Source of the DNA: Octopus sinensis
Taxonomy: Eukaryota
Direction: 5' to 3'
NCBI RefSeq assembly: GCF_006345805.1
Contig: NC_043021.1
Span: 15,934,001 to 15,998,000, forward strand
DNA: 64,000 bases
In this document: positions 24,981 to 36,470 of the stretch, piece after piece
Position numbering within the stretch: the stretch's first letter is position 1
How the letters are laid out: the number at the start of each line of letters is the position of its first letter
Notes under the pieces: generated by a model
Database searches by the model: none
The model's input: the letters and a program-made list of their open reading frames with translations, nothing else
Told to the model about the DNA's origin: nothing
Program-made: the position numbers and the translations under genes

Positions 24981-25817
24981 GGTATATGAGAAAGCATAAA
25001 TTTATATACAGTAACTGCAAACATGTATTTTGAATTTTCTGGTATGAACTACAATGTTATTTTGCTGTGGAATGCTGGAAAACTGCTTATGAAAGCTATG
25101 TAAATAAGTGTAAACATTGTAACTATTTATATCTTAAAAAATTTATTAGCTTTTATCTGTTTCAATAAATGACTTGTAAATATTTTCACATGCATTTTAT
25201 TTAACTTTCCTTCTTCAGTATTGGTGTGTAGGAATTAAAAAAAATTTGGATGCTTTTGAATATCTTTGTTGAGACTGACATAAAGTCTGCAAAATCAACT
25301 CATGTTGAAGTTTATAATTTTCTTCCTTTTATTTCTTAAAAAATAAAACAAATGAAAAAAATGATGTGAAGTTGAAAAAGGTCTAACCTACAAAACCATG
25401 TAGGTTGTGGTATGCTTGGTTTTATAATTATGTATGTGTGTGTGTTTGACCCTGTCAGTGCTGGTGCCATGTGAAAGGCAATGGTGCTGATGCCATGTGA
25501 AAGGCATGGATGCTGGTGTCAGGGGAAAAGCACTGATGCTGGTGCTATGTGAAAAGCACCCAATACACTCTGTAGAGCGGACAGTTTGACAGGTGTTGGC
25601 AAAGGCCAGGAACCACACAAGGTTCCATTGTCTGCTTTGGTAAAGTCTTTACAGGGCATCCAGCTGAAAAGACTATACCAAAGCAGACAATGGAACCCTC
25701 TGTGGTTCCTAGCTTTTCCAACACCTGTCAAACTGTCCAACTCATACCAGCATGGAAAACAGACGTTAAATGATGATGATAATGACGATGACAATGATGA
25801 TGATGATGATGATAATA

Positions 25818-26344
25818 TATCGTAAATCTTCAAGTATAATCCACATTTTTTCCCCAAAATTTAATGGTCAAAATCCCTAGTGCGTACTATAAACGAGGTT
25901 AAAAATGAAAAATATTTTCTAAGCAATGTCCGAGTCTCTATTTGCTGTCTGGCAATGTTTATTCAGATGCATTTTATGATGTTGGGCGCGAAAATACCTA
26001 AGCTAAGCCTGAAAGCAATGAAGTCATAAAAGAATCATCCATAACTTGCAGTAAGCAACATTTATTAAAATAAAAGTATTCAGAACACAGAATAACATGT
26101 AACAAAAACAATTTGCAAACATATATTCACATTCCCATATAACAGTTAAGAACATCACCATTATTATATTACGCATGTGTGGAAGTGTTTGTTCAACAAG
26201 GTGCTGCTGGCTTAATTACACATGACTCAATTTAGAGAAGGCATGCGTATTATACACAGGGTTTAGGTTTTTCAGAGGTACATCCCCCTAAAAATCTCCT
26301 GCATATTATACTGAAGGGTGGACTATACTCGAGGATTTATTGTA
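25818..26344. mobile_element. Tc2/pogo-type MITE
   Basis: Imperfect TIRs tatcgtaaatcttcaagtataatccac / gtggactatactcgaggatttattgta, with TA ends. Confidence 0.6.
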
Positions 26345-26423
26345 TTTGTTCCTACATATCTTTCACTATAGTACTTACTGATGCTTTTTAGGTCCAACTT
26401 TTCTCTCAAGGTACTTACACTCT

Positions 26424-26583
26424 AAGGCTACCATTTGTTTCATGTTAAGAAGAGTAGGAAAATATCTGAGTATCTTAACACCTCCAGGAGGCGACCAGCT
26501 TTCTCCATGTGATTGGCTTGAAAAATTTTTAAGATACTTGGATATTTTCCTACTCTTCTTAACATGAAACCAATGGTAGCCTT
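26424..26583. repeat. Inverted repeat, 55-bp arms with 3 mismatches and a 50-nt loop
   Basis: 26424-26478 pairs with 26529-26583. Confidence 0.8.
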
Positions 26584-28130
26584 GATTCACAAATAAAGAA
26601 ATTATTTATCCACCAATTCGGTGTTGAACACTCATTCCAACGTTCTACATTTACGTATATATATATATGCACACATATATACACATACACACACATATAT
26701 ATATATACATTTATATATACATATATAAACACACATATATATATATGTATATACATGTATGTATCTATGCATATATATATGTCTATATATGTACCTTGCA
26801 AGTTTACTTTGTCTCTCTCTCTCTCTCTATATATATATATACACACACACATATATGTCTAAATATATATATACACATATGTATGATGTAATAAATGGGC
26901 ATGTACACATATATACACACAATGAATATACACATGTACACACAAATACAGTATGCTTAGAAACACCGAAATATTTGTGTATAACATTTTCCGAATATGT
27001 AGTAGTACATAATAGCAATATTCCATACGTAAGTTTTAATTAAGAACAAGTAAACAATTAACAGCGAATACATGTATAGCAATTAAAATTTGCCTCTTAT
27101 CTCGTTATATTTATTGTGTATGTGTATAAATACTTATTATCTGTATAAATTATTAACTCGTACGGATAAACTGCTGTGACAACACATACGTGCATGATCA
27201 CACACAGATATTACGCACATGTGTGTTGCAATCGTCCTGGAAATATATATTAACAAATTTCATAAGAAAGCGGTAAACGTTACCAGTAAAGAGGGCGACA
27301 GAGAGAGAGGGGGTGAGAAAGAAAGAGAGAGGCAGAGAGAGAACTGTAGTTTAATATTTTTGTCAAGTTAAAGTGTTTGGGTCTTTTCTAGTCTATCCTT
27401 CTGGTTTAAGTGTTTAGATTTAGATTTTTCTTTCACCACAAAAAGTTCTCTGTCAGTCAGCAACATCTCAATTAATATAGCCATTAAAACGGACAGCTAA
27501 TTATCCCTCTTCTTCCCCGCCCCGCATATACTTATGTATATGACACGCATATATGCATACATAAATACAAAAAACACATATACGTTATGTGTATATTCAT
27601 GTATGTATAGATGCTCTTTTAACGCAGAAATAGTTTGTATTCTTTCTTCTATTTTCTCTCGCTCTCTCTCTTATTTATTTATTTATATGCCGTTGTCTAC
27701 CCGGCTGTCTATCTCATTCCCTCACTAACTTTTGTTTTCCTTCTCCGTCTCTTCTCACACATGACTTACCCTTTCTGAGTCACTCTCTGTCTCTCTTTCC
27801 CTTTCTTTCTCTATAATGTAGTTGTCCACACCTCTCTATCTCGCTTCCTTACTTTTATTTTACATATCTCCTCCATTATCGACACCCTCCCCTAATATCC
27901 TTTCACTTCTATCTATTTCTCTGTCTCTCACCCCCCCTTTTTTACTAAATTTTCTATCGTTCTCACTCTCCTTTTCATTTCACTCCGTCACTTTCGTTTT
28001 TCTCTTCCTCTTCCTCTCACACACAACTTACTATTTTTTTTTGAGGCACCCTCATTCCCTCTCACTTACATCTCTCCTATTTCTTTCTTTCTTTCTCTTT
28101 CCATCCATTACATCTATCTGTCTCGTCTCT

Positions 28131-28240
28131 CTCCCTCACATTTATCTATCTGTCTCTCCCTGTTCCCTCCCTCCCTCACATTTATCTATCTGTCTCTCCC
28201 GATCCCCTCTCTCCCTCACATCTATCTATCTGTCTCTCCC
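28131..28240. repeat. 40-bp period tandem repeat (3 copies) within a polypyrimidine tract
   Basis: Core ctccctcacat(t/c)tatctatctgtctctccc at 28131, 28171 and 28211. Confidence 0.85.
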
Positions 28241-28267
28241 TATCGCCTCCCTCCCTCTCTCTCTCAC

Positions 28268-28312
28268 TACTGGCTTCCGGCGCCTCGACTCCATCTAACA
28301 TGATGGCGGAGC
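28268..28312 (+). promoter_or_regulatory. Candidate promoter/TSS region of Mondo (ETS-like and YY1-like motifs)
   Basis: CTTCCGG at 28274-28280 and ATGGCGG at 28303-28309 in a locally CpG-containing patch, immediately after a ~480-bp polypyrimidine tract and ~390 bp before the Mondo ATG. Confidence 0.4.
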
Positions 28313-28561
28313 ACTCTCTACTCGATCCTCTCTATGACTACAAAACATTCACCGTTGAATTACAACTTTGTGCATTTTTTATAACATTGCTCGCGTGTAC
28401 CTGCCCAACCTCAATGAAATCAAGTGACATTCTAGCCAAGAATTTTGGCCGAATCTTCGCTAAATACCAATCCGTGAAGCACTTTTCATGCGTCTTTTTC
28501 ACGCTATCTTTGCTACACTGAAATATTTTGCGAAAAGGTTGTTAAACACCGAATGACTTCT

Positions 28562-28611
28562 TTCTCTTTTAACTTCTTCTCTTGCCTTTTTTTTTTTTCT
28601 TTGTTTTACAG
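28562..28611 (+). promoter_or_regulatory. Strong 3' splice site in the Mondo 5' UTR
   Basis: Branch-like ttaac, a long pyrimidine tract and ttttacag ending at 28611, 80 nt before the ATG. This implies an upstream non-coding exon. Confidence 0.55.
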
Positions 28612-28691
28612 ATGAATTATTTTGACTTAGTTTAAAACAAAGGCGGGGTGAAAATTTATTTTTTATCTTGAAGTTACGATTTTGTTATGTG

Positions 28692-29320
28692 ATGGCCATT
28701 GATGATATATTGCCGACAAAATCGAGACAGAAAATGTTAGATACTCGCCGTTTGTTCAACGCGAATATGGATACGACAGCTACGACTAGTGCTATTGGAA
28801 GTTCAGCAAGTCTTGATACTGGCAACATCAATGATAATCAAAATGCAATAGAAACCCTCTTGAAAAACAGCACCAATTTTGAATTAATCATGCCTTCAAC
28901 TTCGTCGGTGTCTGGTGCTAGAAGTGGCCATATTGCTCTTGACGCGAATGTCAACAACAATAACGACGGCACTCACAACAACAACATGATTTTCTCTGGA
29001 AACTTAAACCTAAGTAATAACTTTAACATTGATAACATGAACTTTACCTACGAGGAAACAATTCACAGTGGTCACTTTATGCTAAGTCAGGTCCACGATG
29101 ACAAAACTGCAGACGATTATGATGATGAAAATACTGTCAAAGAGGAGAAAGACGCTCAGTCCTCTTCGACGGGCCTCAATTTTCTCAGTTCTTCGACCTC
29201 CCACGAAAATGTTGGTGCTACAAATTTGGATTTTAGGGACTATAGTGCTACACAGTCAACACTTTTCTCCATTGACGGTTCTCTTACCAAACTATTCGAG
29301 TGTATGACCTTAGCTTACAG
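28692..29320 (+). CDS. MLXIP: Mondo / MLX-interacting protein (MondoA-ChREBP family), first coding exon
   Basis: First in-frame ATG (gtgATGg) after an in-frame TGA at 28623. 209 codons include EETIHSGHFMLS (Mondo conserved region I) and IDGSLTKLFECMTLAY (MCR II, nuclear export signal region). Canonical donor TACAG|gtgagt is phase 2 in the Ser codon preceding the conserved GKLxSPKW. Confidence 0.92.
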
Positions 29321-29778
29321 GTGAGTCTCGAAATTGAAACTAGTACTTTATTAAACTAAAATTAATTATGTATATTTTTGATAATTGCCCTGTTTCTACG
29401 AAGTTTCATTTTTCTAAAAAAAACCCCTTTCTTTTTACTTTTTTCACTCCATTCTAGTCCATTTCATTCCCTTAAAAGCCTGAACTCTGTACGCAGAGGG
29501 TTAACACAGACGATCTCAATATCAAACCAGCTGATTTTTTACTCTGGCAGCGGTTTGACCTCTCCTCTTCCTCAGCTTCTACCATTCTCGCTAGTTTATT
29601 ATATAATATATCTACACACCCTGCTGTATGTATTCCTATACGCACACACTCAAATGTATACCCTTATATATAACATAAATAATATATAAACATATGCATA
29701 TATACATACATATATGCACATACCTACACCTATATGTATATATACATGCATATATGGGTACAGGACACACACACACAT

Positions 29779-29814
<36 letters not shown>

Positions 29815-30456
29815 CGCACATACACACAGATGTTTGTATATACATCCATATATTTACACACTGTTTATCTAATTACTTTTCCACACGTTACCCTATTTTT
29901 TTTTTCAAATCGTCTGCATTAAAACAAAAAGAAAAGAAAACAGTTAAAGCATTAAAAAATGCGCTTTTAATGCAAAACAGGCAAAGTGCGCTCGAGGTGT
30001 TGGGGAAGTGAGGCCAGGGGTTGCTCTGTGTCTGCTGAAATCACTTGTTGCAAATGCTGAGTTACAGAAAAAAAAAAAAATGCAAAGTGTTTAATCTCGT
30101 AAAAGCTTCCATAGTGAAATTTAAGACAATTTAGTTGCTCGTATTTGTTGTTTTGGCCCAATAATAGTAGTTTTGTTATTAGACATTCACACACATAACG
30201 TTGCCCCGATTGCTTTCTGTAAGGGCTGATGTTTTTAACAGCAGTCGATGTAAACATGGTGTGTGTGTGTGTGTTATAAACGCGCACGCGCGCTCACATT
30301 ATCTACCCTCCCCCCCCACACATTAGTGTACATGTATACACGTATACTTCAAATTGTATGTATTGAATGTGTAAGCGCGCACGAGTGTATATAATATATA
30401 TATTTACATATATATTATATAGGCGACGGAAAAATATACTAGAACCGTAAGATTGC

Positions 30457-30487
<31 letters not shown>

Positions 30488-30492
30488 ATATA

Positions 30493-30746
30493 GGTACTAC
30501 TTAAGAAGAGTGGTCCCGGTGCGCGCACTTGTGTACTCGCGCATCCGCTCTAGCTAGTCGTGACTAGTCGATCCTACAACGACTACCCAGCAAAGTAAAT
30601 AAAACACAAAAACAAAATAATTTTTTTAAACAAAGTAAATAATAAAAGCAAAAACACAAAGTAAGGATCGACTAGTCACGACTAGCTTGCGCGGATGCGC
30701 GAGTACGCGAGTGCGCGCACCGGGACCACTCTTCTGAAGTAGTACC
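30493..30746. mobile_element. CpG-rich MITE with 83-bp TIRs in Mondo intron 1
   Basis: 30493-30575 versus 30664-30746 show 5 mismatches. A-rich spacer, ATA on both flanks, embedded in (TA)n. Confidence 0.85.
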
Positions 30747-30779
<33 letters not shown>

Positions 30780-30837
30780 TACCCACACACACACACACCC
30801 ACAAATATAATTAGTCGTCTAAGAATCCACGAGCTAG

Positions 30838-30881
<44 letters not shown>

Positions 30882-31061
30882 GCATGGGCAATCTTTCGGC
30901 TGTAAAGATTGCGGCATGCATGTATGTATAAATGTATGCTTGCGCGTGTGTACATGTGTAAACGTGTGCTTATAATTATGAATATTGAATGTGTGAGTGT
31001 ATTCGACTAAACGCATGCTAAAGCGTGTATAAATGTATACGTATAAATGTATGTCAAATGC

Positions 31062-31095
<34 letters not shown>

Positions 31096-31240
31096 TAAAT
31101 GTTTTGGTAATTCTGTGTGTATAAATGAATGCCTAATTGCGAGTGTACATTCAATGTTCATGTGTCGTTTTCGGCGTAACCCCAACCCCGAACACCGGGT
31201 GTACATATTCTATACTTTCGCTAACATCTATGTGTAAACG

Positions 31241-31297
<57 letters not shown>

Positions 31298-32868
31298 ACA
31301 GTATATGCAATAGGTGTCTGTGTGTGAATATGTATAAAAATAATGTATACAGATGTACGTGTATGTAATGTTAGCGGCTGTTTGCAATGTGTATATATAT
31401 AACGAGCGGGTGTGGTGGGTGCTTGACGAGCGAGTATATATATCTACGTAAGTGTGTGCGAGGGATATTATTATACTTGTACTTCTAAACACTGACATAC
31501 ATACAAATGTTTATGTATTTATGCATTTATGCGCGCGCAGGCTTCACGTTGGGGGCTCTAAACAGGTTATTTGCCTCGGTTCACCTTGTTTTTTTTTACC
31601 TGCCGTAAACTTTGTTACTATATCTCCTACCCACTACTGCTTACACAAAAAAGGTGAGGAGGACGAAACCGTGTGTTCCCTTTTCATCCTCCCACAACAG
31701 TTTCGAAATCTGGGAGTCAATCTCCGACCGAGCTTCTGGATCCTAACCTTTTTTTTTTTTTGATAGTGGTACAATTTTGGGCTTATACTCTTTACTCTTT
31801 TACTTGTTTCAGCTATTTGACTGCGGCCATGCTGGAGCACCGCCTTTAGTCGAGTAAATCGACCCCGGGACTTATTCTTTGTAAGCCCAGTACTTATTTT
31901 ATCGATCTCTTTTGCCGAACCGCTAAGTGACGGGGACGTAAACACACCAGCATCGGTTGTCAAGCAATGCTAGGGGGACAAACACAGACACACAAACACA
32001 CACACATATCTATATATATATACACATATATACGACAGGCTTCTTTCAGTTTCCGTCTACCAAATCCACTCACAAGGCATTGGTCGGCCCGGGGCTATAG
32101 CAGAAGACCACACACACACACAGTCATGATAGTTTAACACGCCTGCTTTTACACACACACACTCACATTCTTACACTCATACTCGCACACCCTCATACGT
32201 GCTCACATTCACTCACGCACAAAGTTCTATCTCTTACCTCTGCCCTTGTTTCTTGTGAGTTCTTTTGAAAAATAAAGCAATAACGATAATGAAAGCCGAT
32301 GTCAGTTTCTAAGGTTCATAGTTCGAATTCATTCTCTTGGCACTTATAACCGTGTCATCGTCATATCTCGGTCAAAGAGTTGCAACCCGCTGAACAAAAA
32401 AAATACTTGGGTGATTATTCGCAGTTGGTGTTTATTCCCCACTTTATTCAATCCTGATCGAACAGACCCTGTGATTATAAAACATTTCAACCGTGACCCC
32501 TCCTCCGTCTCTCGAGAATATTAAGGACATTTTTCTCTGTATTTTCCTTTTTGTTTTTAAGGCAGTATGGTGTGACTTGAGAATTTTGGCTGTTATCTCT
32601 AGCAGATTGAACAACCTCGTAGTTGTCCTTGCTGGTTTGGTGTTTATTGTTATTAACGTGGCCAGATGGCAGAATCGTTAGCACACCGGACGAAATGCTT
32701 AGCGGCATCTCGTCCATTTTTACGTTTTGAATTCAAATTACGCCAAGGCCGACCTTGCCTTTCGTCCTTTAGGGGTCGAAATAAAGTATGAGTTGAGCAC
32801 TGGGGTCGATGTAATCGACTACCTTCCCCCAAACTAGTTGGCCTTGTGCTAAAATCTGAAATTAATAC

Positions 32869-33889
32869 TATGAAGTTGAGTAAAAAGTAAGCAACGTTTT
32901 GAACCATGAAGAATTTGTACTGGATTTTTGATGAGTTTTGAAAATGGTTTAAACGATTTTGCAGTGGAGATCTGAGCCTTGAAGATTGAGCATAATGGAC
33001 ATCCATTTGTCATTGATGACGGTCAATTAAAGACCATCATTGAGAAAGATCCACATAAAATCACTCAAACTGGCAAAAGAACTTCAAATTAGCCAGAAAA
33101 CTGCCTGCAACCATTTGCATGTAATCAGAAAATCAAGAAAGCTTGACAAATGGGTAACACGATTTGAATGGAAATCAGAAAATGCACAGATGAGAAATTT
33201 GCTTGCTGCTTCTTCTCCATCACCAGACTGATCCATTTCTAGACTGTATTGTAATTTGTGATGAAAAGTGGATTGTGTACAATAATAAAAAACGTTCTTC
33301 ACAGTGGTTGGACCAAAATGGAACACAGCAAACCTTCCCTAAACCTGAGCTCTTCAAAAAGGTTATGGTGACTGGTAGTGTACTGCTGGACTCATCCACT
33401 ATAACTTCTTAAAACCTGGAAAAATCATTACTGCAGAAACATATTGCCGAAATGAATGAAAAACTGCTACTCCACCATCCCAACCTGGTCAATAGAAGTG
33501 GGCCAATCATTCTTCATGACAATTCTCGACCATATTTCACTTATAATGCTCCAGAAGTTGATGGAACTTGGCTACGAAGTTCTTCTCCACTCAGCTTATT
33601 CCCCAGACCTTTCTCCTACCGACTACCATTTCTTCAAACACCTTGATGGTTTCCTGCGAAGAGAAGGAGTTCAAAAATCAAATCGAAACTGAAAGCACAT
33701 TCAAAGAGTCCATCAGCTCCAAAACTCCAGATTTTTATGTTACCAGAATAAACAAACTTGTAACTCATTGACAAAAATCTGTTGATTGTAATGGTATTTA
33801 CTTTAATGAATAAAATTTCCGCATTGTTGAAATATATTGTGATGAATTTCATGCTTCAAAACATTGCTTACATTTTACTCAGCCTGATA
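32869..33889 (+). mobile_element. Mariner element (Hsmar-like D,D34D family), decayed and internally deleted
   Basis: ~45-bp imperfect TIRs with TA ends. Reads KWFKRFCSGDLSLED, FLDCIVICDEKWIVYNN, IILHDNSRP and YSPDLSPTDYHFFKHL. Confidence 0.9.
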
Positions 33890-34601
33890 TTAAGGTGGTG
33901 AGCTAGCGGATTTGTTAGTACTTCGGACAAAATCCTTAATTGCATCTCTTCCACCTCTATACTGAGTTCAAATATGGCCAAGGTCATCTTTGCCTTTCAT
34001 TTTTTCTTTAAAATAAAGTAACTGTCATGTACTGGGCCAGTGTAATTGACTATTCCCCTTCTTAGATTCCTGGCTTTGTACCAAAATTTGAAACCATGGT
34101 GAGTAAACAGTCTACTCCTCATGGATTTAATAAAGTTTGATTTCATGCACTTGTTGGAGGTACCCATTGCTTTTAGTAGAAGGTGCTGGACAGAAAGATA
34201 TTCCTAAAGCACAGGAGCAAAAAGCATAGCTGTCTGAAGTTCAATAACATTCAAACTGAGTAAGATTCTAACATCAACTTAGAATTTTGATAAAATAAGA
34301 AAGTTCTAGTTGTTGAAAAGTTGGCTACTTTTGGAAACATTTGGATGTCCTTTCATTTGATGAATTTAAAACCAAAGCATCTCAGAATCTATCTGACCCC
34401 AAAAGAAGTTGGACCCCATATCTACTGCTCTCAGAAGTATCTCCACCAGTAATTAACCCATTAGCATTTAAGCCAGTCATATCAGGCTTAAATATTCTAC
34501 ATGTATTATGACCAAATTCAGCTTTAAACACCTAGTGTATAATCATTATAAGAATATATCATCACATCATTAAAATCTAGAAACGGTGAGATAATGCATG
34601 A

Positions 34602-34831
34602 TTAACCTTTTCGTTACTGTATTTATTTTGAGATGCTCTGTATTTCTTTCAATTGATTTTAAATATAACAAAGAATTTAGTAAAATAACTTGGTTATCAT
34701 TCAGCTAGTGTTAGGAACATAAATTGTGACTAAGGTTTGGTGGAAGGTTTTAATTCAGAACTTTTGAAAACTAAACATTTGTACTACAGAGCCAGAGCTG
34801 GTTTCAACCAGGTTGGTAACGAAATGGTTAA
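34602..34831. mobile_element. piggyBac-like MITE, family B, nested in a family A MITE
   Basis: TTAA on both sides and CCCTTTCGTTAC-type TIRs. Other copies at 40370-40578, 40583-40810, 56678-56907 and 60896-61124. Confidence 0.75.
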
Positions 34832-35474
34832 TTGAAACCAATTTGAATAAATAAGCATTATGCTGGGCAGAATAATCTGAATGCTTAAGGGTTAAGCTTA
34901 GTACTTTGAAGAATGATTCAGGTGGCTCATTGTGCCTCCCCATTCACAGATTGGCTCACCAAAGGCTCTGTGGAATGATCATTATCAAGCATTCTTCTGT
35001 GTTGTCCAGCCTTCTCTTTGCTTTTCTGCTGTGAGTTTTTCTTTGGCTCACCTTTGGCACTCTGTCAGTTATGATGACAAGGTTTCCAGTTGATCTGATC
35101 AAGGGAACAACCTGCTCATGAAGTTAATGTCAATGTGGCCTGAGCACTCCACAGACATGTATACCCTTAATGTAGTTCTCAGGACAATTCAGCCTGACAC
35201 ACTGTGTGACGAGGCCGGCCCTTTGAAATACAGGTACTACTCATTTTTGCCAGCTGAGTGGACTGGAGCAGTGTGAAATAAAGTGTCTTGCTCAAGGATA
35301 CAGCACATCGCCAGGAATTGAACTCATGACGTTGCAATTGTGAGCCAAATACCCTGACCAGTAAACCACGTACTTTCACTGGCTTACCTTTACATAGAAT
35401 AAAACTAGATATATTGTACATCTATCCTTGTTTATCATAGGAGTTTAATTAAAAAAAAATAATAAACTGATAAC

Positions 35475-35609
35475 TTAATCATCTCTATGCACTTTGTAAA
35501 CAGAACGAATGGTAGATTCATTGACATCTAACCTATGGCCAACAGCAGCGAAGCTTCTACTATCATATATTTTCTTGATCATCTCTACCTTTTCCTGTAG
35601 GGAATCCAT
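35475..35609 (-). mobile_element. Tigger/pogo transposase N-terminal HTH remnant
   Basis: Reads MDSLQEKVEMIKKIYDSRSFAAVGHRLDVNESTIRSVYKVHRDD*, matching the CENP-B/Tigger pattern TLxEKxxII...AxIARxxxVxESTIRxI. Confidence 0.65.
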
Positions 35610-36174
35610 TTATCTGTGTTATCTTTTAGGATCAGGCACCTTCACGTTTTCTCTCTTGATGGGCACAAGTACTGTAAATCCAAAGAAAAACTATTGCAGC
35701 CTCACAGCTTAGTTATGTAAACACAAGTGATTATCAGTATGTTCTGGGTAGCTGAGCATTGTAAGTGGCTGCTGCAGTGTGTTTTTGCAGCACAAGCAGT
35801 CTTCGATCGATCACCAACCTATGTTATCAGAGATCAATTCACAATAACTGTAACGCTGTTCGCAATTGAGCTTGCGTTACCTCACAGATCAGTGCTGACT
35901 GAATCGGTGACAAATGAGGCTACATGTGCTACAATTTAAATTCTTCAATCCAAATCCTCTGCAGGTATTCCATTGTACATTTGAGCAGTGCACCTATTTC
36001 TAAACGCCTCGTTTTTATCTGGCTGTTCGGAATAAATGCCAGATTATTTACAGATATTGGACATGATGGACCAGTGTTTGCTTTAGGAGGAGAGCTTCAC
36101 CAGAGATATTCACTTTATGCCACAAAACCAGAACCTTTCAGAGGCACTTTAGAGCATTAAATTATTAATTATAT

Positions 36175-36470
36175 TATGGAGATATACTTGCATAGCAAGT
36201 GACTTGATCTGAGATCGTGTGCTGGAACGAAAACAATTGCAGCATGGACGGTGTTTATAAGCCATTTAAGAAACACAAAAACTGTTAGATTCACTTCAAC
36301 ATTTAAATTTAATTTGTCAAAATATTTTCGTCACTTTGAAACCATGACCTGTTCACTGACAAAGCTTCGTGCAGCATGAATCTTTGTCAGTGAACAAGTC
36401 ACGGTTTCAAAGTGATGAAAATATTTTGACACAAATTAAATTTAAATGTTGAAGTGAATCTAACGGTTTC
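36175..36470. mobile_element. Foldback MITE, same family as 11209-11492 (one arm truncated)
   Basis: Shares gcaagt...gatctgagatcgtgtgctg and the ttcacttcaacatttaa arms. Internally palindromic. Confidence 0.7.

Noticed and set aside
24905-24999. Apparent plus-strand terminal exon (SSTERARHLGPPGLDLAVGPLLGDMVYEKA*) with downstream AATAAA
   Set aside because: No upstream partner exon or homologue was recognised, and the opposite strand is better explained as a Tigger-like N-terminal remnant.
28300-28521. 73-aa ORF beginning at the YY1-like ATGGCG
   Set aside because: No recognisable homology and no good donor linking it to Mondo. More likely promoter or 5' UTR sequence.
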